Source: Trichoplax sp. H2
Taxonomy: Eukaryota
Length of the DNA stretch: 64,000 nt
NCBI GenBank assembly: GCA_003344405.1
Contig: NOWV01000182.1
Location: forward strand, 62,001-126,000
Direction: 5' to 3'
Positions within the stretch are counted from its first letter, which is position 1; every line of letters begins with the position of its first letter. The translations under genes were made by a program, and so were the position numbers. The notes under the pieces are model-generated. The model saw nothing but the letters and a program-made list of their open reading frames with translations. It was not told the DNA's origin and ran no database searches. This document shows, piece by piece, positions 15,701 through 27,500 of this stretch.

Positions 15701-17784
15701 CGCACTATAAACAGCAGTGTACCACCAATCTCATTCATTCTGTAAAAATCAAAAATATCTAATTACTTTTATCTTTTGAATTATTAATTTAAATAAATTA
15801 TAGGAAACAAATAAGAATTATTTATAATTTACATTCTATTAAAGGATCACGTTACATCGATAAATTAAGGTGCTAGTGCGTTAGTCCAACTTCGCTGTCA
15901 AAAGAAATGTAATACAGAAATGATATCAATATAAATTGCAGATAATTCGATAAATTTCACTACTAAACAGCTATTCAGAATTTGAATTTAACAGTAGCTA
16001 ATATGTAGTTACGAAAACTGTTTCAAATAACTCCAATAGTATCTATTTTTGTACTACAACACTGTGCAAAAAAATTAGTATCCTCTAAAGAGTTAAACCT
16101 TAAAATTTGGTGCCAGCATTACATTCACTAAGAAAAAGTAATAAATTAGATTCAATCATTTTTTTTAATATTGATCAATCATGAACTGACCTTCGAATAG
16201 TAATACCTTTACTATTTAATCTCATTTAATTTTTCCCAACCTTGTGCTTATCTTATAAAATGAACATAATAATAATGATAATCCAATAGCTACTTCATTA
16301 TTCTTGTATTTGATGATTTATTTACGTATTAGCTTCTTAATTATACGATAACATAATCGATCATCATTTTTCCTATCATAATCACTACTTAAATTAAATT
16401 ATCCATCAAACTGTTTGAAAATACGTAGATACCTATGATGTCACTATTACTTAATCCTCAGCAGTACGGAATTGGAATGCACGAAATGAGGCTATCATTT
16501 CATGTCAACTGCATATATTAACATTAAATTAATACGCAATCTTAATTGTAAAAAATACGTTCTAGGAATAACGAATCATTCCACGCCTCCCAAATGCATC
16601 ATTGTAGAATGATAATCAATCATTGTAATGAGGTCAAAGTATTTCCCATAGCATTGATCAGGAAATCAGTATTATAGCTAGAGATAGTTTCCGCTGAGTT
16701 ATGATAATTAAGTAATTAGCATACCACTGAATGCTTGTTCTGCATGAACATTTTACCGCAATTACGTATGTTAAAAGTCATATGTGCATGATAAATAATT
16801 AAATAGTATTAGAAGGTAAGATTTAATTACTTTAAATAAACGCAAGTTGTATGATCATTTATATATTTTACTCTTGGTTTATCTTCACTATTTTTAATGA
16901 AATCAGCACTACGTTAGATATTGTAAATTCATCTTTAACGCAATTCCGTACATGAATAATAGCTCTAAGTTTACCAATTTATGGCTAATAGATAGTGACA
17001 TATTTTATGAAGCATTTGTACGATAATATAGCTTATAATCAAACTATATAATAGATCAAAAAATTAAAGTACAGATAGCATCAGTAAAGATTTGTAAATG
17101 TAAAAATCTTACTAAAGTAAACAGTAATGTCAAAGTACAATATCGTTATTTTACAAATAATTTTGCAAAGGTCAGTTGGATAAGTCAATAAACAAAATGT
17201 TATAGCGCTTTGTGAGCTATTTGAGCTTTTACTGTATACTATCGTAACATCAAAAACAACTCTGAAGACGCAAAAGCATTTTGAACTAAATTAGCACGCT
17301 AAGAAATTACAAATTATTCCATTAAACTCTAGTGTCCGCATTGGCCTTCTTATTTTACTGTAGTCAATCTATAACTTTACAATAACTATCTGCAGTTGTA
17401 TCTATTAGCTCAAATTTTTAAATTAAATAAAAATTACATGTATGTATGTTGGTTTAATAAGCAAGAGTTGAGCATATATTAAGGCACCGTGATTAGAATC
17501 CTACGTTACAATAAAGGAATAGATTTTACTCCAACAATTATAATAAAAATAGTTAAAACTCTTAATATAACAATATCAATATAAATTATCGAGAAATCTT
17601 CAGGATACTATAAACAACATTCCACAATTGTTGATCTTAATAATTATAAATCGCTATAGATAGATAGCATTATATCTGAAAAAAAATTCATATAACATTG
17701 CTTACCATGAATGGAACTGTCAACTTTAACGATTTTGTTTGCCCCCTTCGGAGATAGTTCACAGCGGTTGCTTTTGCAAAATGT

Positions 17785-17934
17785 TATAAAATCTCATTGA
17801 CTTCGCTAGCAAACTTCAGATCTCACAGTTGAACGAACAAGTTGTGAAATCACCTCTTACAAGAAGAAACGAATCGGATTCTTCAAAGCACTCGACTCCT
17901 TAAATTAAAACTTACAACATTTCAAGATCATTAG
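17785..17934 (+). promoter_or_regulatory. Putative TATA box and non-coding first exon of the first ADAM-like gene
   Basis: TATAAAA at 17785. Donor-like AG|GTATTA at 17934/17935. A strong polypyrimidine acceptor ttttcctctcAG ends at 18330, just before ATG 18365. Confidence 0.4.
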
Positions 17935-18364
17935 GTATTACAACTTAATTTTCGACCTATGTAGCTGCCAAATTTTTCATTATCTAAGATATTCTTAGTT
18001 TACTATAAGTTATGGCTCAGTTTCAATATACTGTACTTCAAGCATGTAGATTTAAACTTAAAACCTACTCTAACTATTATAGTATAACTAAATTTATTGT
18101 ATCAAGTAGCCGCATCACTATTTTATAACTCTGTTAAACTAATTTTAAGTAGCGGTGATGTAAGCTGTATAAATCTACTTTCGCTAGAATACTGTAGTAA
18201 TTTGCGTTGTTATGTAAACTGATACAAGTAACTGTAATGTGAAGAATTGTGAGGATATTTCAGAATAAGAGCCACAACTCATAAGCCTTTTATTTCTTAA
18301 TGTTTCCTGTTGTTTTATTTTTCCTCTCAGTTTATCCTCCTGAAAGAAGAACTTCTGCATTACC

Positions 18365-21300
18365 ATGTCTCGATTTTTGTTCATTGCATTTATCGTTTGC
18401 ATGCATAGCTGCATACTGGTATCAGGTGCTGTAATACCAGCCAATAGGAAGCGATCCAATCATATGCCGGACAAGGTCTATCAAATTTTCCGCCCTCAAA
18501 TTTACTATAGGGATAACCAAGCCAACCGAATTTCCACCATTTCCCACATCGACGCTCACGTTTTTGGAGGTCGATACCGCATTGAATTGGTTTTGAATCG
18601 CCAACTTGTAGCCAACAATTTTCAACATACCTTTCAGAATCAGCAAGGTAGCATTGAACGTTATCAAGGATCGACTGAGCTCTGCCATTATCAAGGTCGA
18701 CTCCTCTGGTTTAGTCCAACTAATGAGGTGGGATAAAATTTCCAGTTTATTTATTTTGATAATCATTACCGCAGCTCGATTGCTATAAAATGATTGGCCT
18801 GTAGTTGAGCAGTTCTTCGATGAGTGCGCTATTCAAAATATATCTAATATATAGAATAGTAAAGCCACTCTTAGAGGGAGGTCTTGTAGTTAACTTATTT
18901 ATTCATCATTGATCGTCGTTGTTTATTTAAATGACATCGGCATTAATTTTCTACAGATGTATTTTGATACTAGTATATTAGTAGCTGAAGAGTTGAGATT
19001 TTCTTTTGTAACATTAAATCAGCTTGCATCTCTTTTCTTACCTAAGATCAATACTGCACATTTTTACTATACTCTAAAATTTAATTCAAGTATACATCTT
19101 ATTCATTTCTATTTTAAGTCTATGTCTACAGCAATAATATCGTTTAATATATAGATTAGTTTGACATGATTTTCGTAGTAATTAATGCATAGAATTATTT
19201 TACTTTTATAGACTGTACCATTGAAGAGCGAAGTTATCCTAAGTGCATGCAATGGATTGAACGGAATGGTCATGTTTGATAACAAGGTCTTCATTGTCGA
19301 ACCGCGCAATGAAAGAAATGATATTGAAGGAGAGCATGTTATCTTCGAAGAGGAGGAATTCGAAGGAGATGAATATCCTGATCCTCTTTCTGAATCCACA
19401 GACGGAACTTCACAAGAGCAACATGAGGATGAAAATGAAGACGATCCAGAAGGACATAATGAACATGAAGATGAGTATGATGACGAACGTGAAAATGAAG
19501 AAGAACACGAAGATGATGAAAAGGAACGACGTCGCATGAGACGCCGAACAGTCCGCAAGACCAAATTTATCGAATTAGTTATCGTTAATGACAAAAGATT
19601 TGTAGATAACTTAGATGGTAACTTAAAGGCAGTTGAAAATCATGCTATTCAGGTACCTTATTGAATATTAGCCATCCTTTCAACATAGTATATTTTATAG
19701 CTCGTTTAATATATATTTAGCCATGTCTGGTAACAAACTTTTTTCCTACTTTCACAGATTGTCAACTTAGTTGATGCAATGTATAAGGCAATTAACATAC
19801 GAGTAGCTTTGGTCGGCATGGTCACCTGGAATGTTAAGGATGAGATTGCTATTAGCCGTAATTCGAAAACCACTTTACAAAGACTCAGCTTGTATCGATC
19901 TACAGGTTTCTTGAAAAATATCTCCAATGATAACGTGCAGTTGTTGACTGGTATCATCTTCACTGATGGAGCAGGTACCCAAAATTGTCCAAATAAATTT
20001 TAATCTAATCAGATTTAGCAAAGATTAGATGACTTTATCAGCAGATGCGCGTTCTAGCTCCAGACTAGCCTTAAGTAAAATCGTCTATTTCTTTCATAAT
20101 TAGGACGTGCTTGGCAATCCACGATGTGCAAATATTATTCTACCGGAGCAAACTACGCTTTCGAGAATATCGCTAGAGCAGCTGCCTTCATGGCACGTAA
20201 TATTGGTCACAATCTAGGAATGAGAACAGATCGATATGGTCACTGCAGCTGTAGAAAAAATAATGAAATTACCAAGGGATGCATCATGTCGTCTCAAATT
20301 AACGGTCCTCCAGCCTTGTCATTTTCACCTTGCAGCGTTAAAGATTTAAAGAAGGCCTTCCAAGAAGGAGTTGGTCAATGCCTTACTAATAAGCCATCAA
20401 TCCCTAAACCTAAACCGGTTTGCGGCAACGGAATCGTCGAAAAAGATGAACAATGCGAATGTGCATCAAAAATGAAATGTACTGAATTAGGCTGCAATCC
20501 TAAGACTTGCAAATTTCACCCTGTGCCTCCAACATCAACGATGAATCCAACTAATAACGTCGAGGTTACCCAAAGCCAAGCTGAAACTGTCAAGACTACA
20601 CAACGTCCAACATCGACAATGAATCCAACTAATAACGTCGAGGTTACCCAAAGCCAAGCTGAAACTGCCAAGACTACACAACGTCCAACATCGACAATGA
20701 ATCCAACTAATAACGTCGAGGTTACCCAAAGCCAAGTTGAAACTGTCAAGACTACACAACGTCCAACATCGACAATGAATCCAACTAATAACGTCGAAGT
20801 TACCCAAAGCCAAGCTGAAACTGTCAAGACTACACAACGTCCAACATCGACAATGAATCCAACTAATAACGTCGAAGTTACCCAAAGCCAAGCTGAAACT
20901 GTCAAGACTACACAACGTCCAACATCGACAATGAATCCAACTAATAACGTCGAGGTTACCCAAAGCCAAGCTGAAACTGTCAAGACTACACAACGTCCAA
21001 CATCGACAATGAATCCAACTAATAACGTCGAGGTTACCCAAAGCCAAGTTGAAACTGTCAAGACTACACAACGTCCAACATCGACAATGAATCCAACTAA
21101 TAACGTCGAGGTTACCCAAAGCCAAACTGAAACTGTCAAGACTACACAGTTGCCAGCAACTCAAACTAACATTGCCACCACCAAGAAGCAATCGGTTACT
21201 GAAGTAGGTATCGCTTCTATGAAATCTGAAACTGAAGCAATTTCAGCTACCGAAAAATTGGAAAATGTAACTGAAAAGCCAGCACATCGTGCAACCGAAA

Positions 21301-21365
21301 GCATGCCACAAGGAGAATCAAACGAAGCGGGACCTAATGAAAACAGCGAGCCTATCAATGTTTAG
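18365..21365 (+). CDS. Secreted ADAM/reprolysin-like pseudoprotease with truncated disintegrin domain and Thr-rich mucin-like repeat tail
   Basis: Exons 18365-18727, 19212-19652, 19758-19974 and 20104-21365 splice in frame. Signal peptide; prodomain (CHYQG, LSACNGLNG); furin-type RRMRRR; FIELVIVND; zinc-site position reads ARNIGHNLGMRTD; Met-turn CIMS; CGNGIVEKDEQCEC; then repeats. No transmembrane segment. Confidence 0.88.
20529..21152 (+). repeat. Coding minisatellite, 8 x 78 bp (PTSTMNPTNNVEVTQSQAETVKTTQR)
   Basis: Near-identical units start at 20529, 20607 and so on with a 78-bp period. Only a few substitutions differ between copies (A/V/T at one position). Confidence 0.97.
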
Positions 21366-24300
21366 TTTTCAAGATATTGATGCCGATTGGATTTTTTTAC
21401 TTGATAGAATGGTATTCTTATTTTTAATGTCATGGTTCGATTTTATCTCAGTTATTAGATATTTTTTTGACCTTTTTTTCGATGTAATCAACAGTATTTA
21501 TTAGAATTAGCTTATGATATAGTACTATCCTGACCTGTTTATATTTACGAAGCTTAATATAACATTTTGACAACTTACGGTATACCTAAGCGTTGCAAGG
21601 TCAAATATCTTGTCGTAGTATTAGTTTATAATGGTAGCAAGAGCTTTGTTAAACGGAGGAATGGAAGCTGTATATCAAGAACCATGTGATCATGTAGTAA
21701 TCAATTTCGATTCTGGTGTAGACTATTAGCCATTTATTTTATCAATTTTATAAAAATTGTTCTAAAATGCTTGGACTTAATAGCACACATCTAATGTTTA
21801 AATTTTTTTCTTGGCCTGAACTCATTATTTTTTATTTTCTTTCGCTTATTTTATCAAACGAGTATTTTAGTCTATCCTGACTGTTAATTAAGTACCGTAT
21901 CAACATACTTGATAAAAATTGTCGATGATAGAGGTAATCGTTAGATTAACCGCAGTTTTTAACTTATCGTTTTCGTATTAACTGCTAAGATGCAGTAATA
22001 CCACACACAACTTTAGTCGTTTACTATCCTTATTACTACTTTTATAATCCATTTTATATGTAAATGATTAATTCTCTATTTAAAGTACGATTATAATAGT
22101 AATTTGATAGAAATTATCGATTATATTATATAATTAATTATCTTAATTAACTACTGTTTGAACTACTTCAATAAATGTTTGCAATTTAAAGTTATCTTTT
22201 CTTGTATTTAAATTATTGCTAAACCCCTGCTGCACGTCTACCGATCTTAGTTTAGATGCATGTATACGTAGCCACTTTCAAACGTTAATCCCAAATTTAA
22301 TCAAGTACGTCGTAATGTTTTTAAGTCAATTTTTTAAAAACAGCTCAGCCGTTTCTAAATATTACTAGTATTACTCTACTGTAAAATGGGGAATGATAGA
22401 AATAGATAATCTGATTTTGTAATATAATAACCCATCGAAAGTAAGGTAGTTATGTATGGTAAGTATAATAATACACCTCAAAAAAATCTGTATGATTTGC
22501 GCTAATATTGCTTAATATTGTTACATGCCATCATGCGAACTTATTTGTTATAGTAAGACCCAGTAAGAGATCAGACTAGAAGATAATCAACCGACTTGTC
22601 TTATACCGGCAATGCTTGTGTTAATTAGCTTGATTATTAAATTTATCTCAATGAACACAGAACTATAGTATGATGATCTCATGTTGATAATTTAGACATT
22701 ACAGTAAATTAAGACGGTAAACGTTGATGAGAGTCAGCGCTGGATATGAAAAGCCGGAATTCAACTTAATAGCAGCTGCAGGATATTATTACCCGATCGA
22801 TTTTTTATTCAATCAAAACTGTTATCACGCTCAAAATCAGGTAGAATGTTATTTACGGGTACATATGACATCAGCAGCAAATACTAAGAGTCTTTAAGTT
22901 AACTATATTATATATTATTTCAAAGCGATTGCCTTTATTCACAACAAATTATCCAAATAATTACTTAAATCTTATAATATGGTTTCAATTAATATATAGC
23001 TGAAGCTATACAATCAGAAATCAGATCCTAAATTGAGGTCTCTATCACGCTTAAAATTAAAATTGACAGAATAATATTATAGCACATGATAACAGAAGCA
23101 AACGCTAAAAAATTGCTTAAAAATACACTCGTGTATATAATATATAGAGACAATTTGAAGAGATCAGTTTATTTATAACAAGTTATTTCAGAATATTGTT
23201 ACGCCTTCATAGCATGATTTTAACTGTTACATAGTTAACCCCTTCCTTACAATCTAAAGCGACATATTAAATCAAGACCAATATCAGGCTTAAAATCAAG
23301 TAGAATGTTACTCTAATATTAGAAATGAACGCTAAAAATGCTTCAAGGTGATTTCATACTAATGCGTGCTACTTATAGTATACTTTAATGTATATTTAAT
23401 CAGCCGAGTAAAGATTTCTCACCGAAGCAAACATACGTATATTGCCCTAATTGGTACACATTCGATTCTAATCAGTCAACTCATCAGGGTTGCAGCTAGT
23501 AGTTGCCAGTTATCGACAATCATAAGTAATTATAATTGCTTGAGAAGTCTAAGCACCATCGTGTGCACTGTTTGATTTAGTTACGTTCTGTTGTAAGATC
23601 CATCGTGATCTATATTGTCTCAGTTAGACCGTAAGGGCAAATAATATTCAACGTTATTTTGGATCATTACTTGGTTTCAAATAAAGAGCAACCTAGGACT
23701 AACAGCTATCGATCAGGTATTGATTATTTGTGCAGAAGTAGTCCAATTAGTACTTTAGTCGGAGTACCTCGAGAATTTGCCGCATCTGCAGATGAATAAG
23801 TTCTCATACGATACGTTAAATATACTAAACGGTAACACAGCTTTTCATTCAATAGCATAGGATCACTATCGAAAATAGACTATCAACATTGTATTCTATT
23901 TTAATTTATCCCATCATTGTGACAAGCAATATCATTCTAGGCATTCTAATAAGACATTCTATATTATCATGTAAATTAAACTGTCATTAGTATTGTTTCA
24001 GACTCCGAAGTATTGTCTATCGAGTATAATATAGCCTTGAAAACTTAAAGTATATATTACTACTATTCGATCAAATATTTTCTCTTATTCAACGACAGTT
24101 TAGTTATACCGCTCTGCTTAAAATTCCGTCTATGTTTTCGGAGTGTCTTGATTTATTTCGTGATTGTATTCAATTGACGTGAGGCGCGCTTTTCTAATTT
24201 TTAAACGCTGAATTTTTACTGCATTTTTTTATTTCTTCTTGCCTTCATCCAGTGACTTTAAACTTATTTCTTATTTACCAATTTGATATTAATATTTTAG

Positions 24301-24505
24301 TGGCGAAATTCACCAACATTATCATCAACATGATCATCAATCAAAGGTTCCTTGATGGCATATATTAATGAGGAACGACTGAACTAATTTATTGCGGCAG
24401 ACTTGCTAGTTTCCTCGGAAATATCTCTTGAGATGAATTAATTTGGAATCTTATTCTGATAACTATGCTGATAACTGATAGGATTAAAAGTAACATCGGA
24501 TCATC

Positions 24506-27500
24506 ATGTCCAGTGCTTTAAATATTTTCTGTCTAATTTGTAAGATGATATTGAACGAATTCCTCGATTAAATAATATAGATATAACTGATATGATTCTT
24601 TCACGATATTGAAAGTGCTTGGAAAGAAATTACTATTACAGATATGAATCGAAATACTTTAATTCTCTTGGTTTCATCAAATTACATCATGATTTTTGTA
24701 ACTGGTTTATGCTGTTTACTGCTATTAGTAGATGCATCTTCTTTAGTCAATCCTCGACACAGGGCCAATTTCGTAAGTCAAACTAGGAATAATCAAAATA
24801 CATCCAACCATCCATCCAATTCTAATCACCAGCTAAAGAGTCTAGAATATGTTGTTCGACTAAGTTATCGTTATACTCGCAATGGTAGCAATCGGCGATC
24901 AATCCTGCAATCGATAACGATGAAGATTTCTCAACATCGATTAACGATCAGATTAGAAAGAAACAATCAATTGTTACCAACTAACTATCGCCATATTTAC
25001 CAGAATGCCCAAGGCAATTTAGTCCATCATAAGAATAGCAATACGGCAGCGGATCCACATTGCTATTATCATGGTCTAGTATATTCATGGCCTAATTTAA
25101 AGGTGAGAAACAGCGTAACTCTACGTAATAAACTATTCATGATAAGGTCTTTCCTAACTAAGTACGATAATCATATTCTACCTCTCTTGCCATCTCGATC
25201 ATAACGATATTAAAATAAATATGTTGAGTAAACCTATCGAATACCGCTATATCATACATATATTACCTACCCATTCCGCGGAAAGTTACGGTACTAAAAA
25301 TATATATATATATACAACTAATAATCCTCCAGTGTCCTATTAATTATTTTCCTATTTAACCTAAGGCAAAGTCTGAAATTGTTATGATTAGGAATAACTT
25401 GTTACCGTTTTTGTTAACATCGGCTATCGATAAACTACGAGTTAGAAAAGGTAGAAATCTCAGATCATCTAGTTATGAATCCATTTAGCGCTACTGGTGA
25501 TCTGTTATTGTATTAAATTGAATTCATATTAAAGCAGTATTCCTTGAAATGAGGAAATGTAATGGTCGTGAAGGAGAGATATCTGATGAGTAATTTCTTT
25601 ATCGTACTAAATAATAATCCTATAAGGTCACAACTTAGGCACCTACGTATGAAACTAATCACAGTAGAATACTGTACTTTGATAGAATTGTTAGCAAGCA
25701 GAATTTGATAAAGATCTTATAATAGCGTTAGTAAAATTCTGGATGTAGTTATCGGGTGTAGCATTTTGTCTAGCTTAAACCGAAGGCCATTGCATAGATC
25801 TGAGAAAGAAGATTTTGTGCCATAGATTAGCTCGCAAAGTAAATTGTCATCATCAATTCTTTAATGCAAAAGCGAACTACAAAAGAAATACAATTCTCTA
25901 CAAATAATTATGTTGATTTTAATATATGAACATTAAGAAAAGAACTTTAGTTGTATCCTAATGTTACTAGTATAATAATAGACAAGAACTAGATCAATAT
26001 TGCTAAAGGTATGCGTTCAGTATGTACGGTATAGCCTGTACCATCTTCGACAGTCATGATCATTTTTCTTCTTCACGTTTCATACAGGAAAATAACGATC
26101 CGCATAATTACGCCATCTTAAGTAGCTGCCATGGATTACAAGGTATATTTTCATTTCAAGGGGAAATTTTTCGAATACAACCTTCAAATCCACAAAGCAC
26201 AAGTTTAAATAGTCTACATGTCGTCTCCAAATTAAATCACTTGAACCATTACCATCGAATTACTCGCTCTATATGCAATATAGAAGAGGCAGATACATCA
26301 TCTCTAGTAGGTAAAGAAATCAATTGGAAACCCGACTTATGGCGACGAAGACGTATCTTGAATGTTAATACCATGTACATAGAGCTGGTGATTGTTAATG
26401 ATTATCAACAGGTTCAAAAATTCAAAGGCAATTTAACTGCTTTGGAAGAAAATATCTTTCAGGTTTACTTCTTACCGTCATTGCATTTATCAAAACAAAT
26501 AGCTTCTGTTAAAGCAGTAATTTTATATCCATTTTTATTGCCTAAACAACATGTCCATCTCCTTTACTAGATCGTCAATCACCTTGATAGTATCTATAAA
26601 TCCGTCAATATACGCATTGGATTAACCGGTATTGTTAGTTGGAATATTAAAAATCCAATTACTGTCACTAATGAAGCTCGTAGGACCTTGGATAACTTTG
26701 CCACTTACAAGATCAACACCTTATCCAAATTATTTAATCTCGACAATGCACAACTGTTAACGGGATTATCATTAAATCAACATTCAGGTAACCATTCATT
26801 ATAAATAGGCTGCATTATACCGTACTTGCTCTGTCATAGTCTATATTAATCAATGTTTTTCTAGTATTTTAATATCCTCAAAGTAGAATGCTAATAGAAT
26901 AAAGTAGCTTTCTTCACTACTTAGTTTACTTTGATACCATAATCTTAATTACTCTTAAATCAGTTCCGATTAAAAATAAATGTATCGTTGATAGTAGAAT
27001 ACAGTACAACTATTGTAAAAGTAGCTATTTGTAGCTGTTGGTTTACTATGGCACAGTAATTCTACTTGAATCGATTGTGATTAAAATAGTTAACGTCCTT
27101 GAAAACAGAATATGCATAATGCAGTAGGCATCTTAAATCATGTAAATTTGTTCTGATAGTGCTCTTGAATGGGAGTGATTAAAATAGTTTACCGGTATAA
27201 TGATTAAGAAAGAGCTAATATATAAGGCCGCTTTGATTACTGCGGCTTAATATATGTCGAGCACTGATATCGACAGGCCCTCTGTCTACCTTTATGCCAT
27301 AACGGCTATGAACTATTTTCTTATAATGAGTTGACACCAATAAATTCTTATTTTCAATCAATTTTAGGCTTAGCTTATATTTCGACGATTTGTTCGCCTC
27401 AATCAGTTGGCGTAGTCCAGTCTTATGACGATAATTTTGACGCAACGGTGACGGTTATTGCTCATGAACTTGGCCATAACTTAGGCATGAGACATGATAA

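Noticed and set aside
19109-19594. 161-aa Ser-rich minus-strand ORF
   Set aside because: Antisense of the GAA/GAT-rich acidic exon.
20529-21152. CRISPR-like regular array
   Set aside because: Head-to-tail repeats without unique spacers, inside a eukaryotic exon. The same applies to the 100-bp and 400-bp arrays.
20516-21191. Two long antisense ORFs (207 and 218 aa) with hydrophobic/Cys repeats
   Set aside because: Shadows of the 78-bp repeat: a stop-free unit with length divisible by three stays open in several frames.
25583-25620. CTGATGA hammerhead or C-box-like cores (also at ~2270, ~9134, ~40204)
   Set aside because: No correctly placed GAAA with flanking stems, and no D box with a terminal stem.
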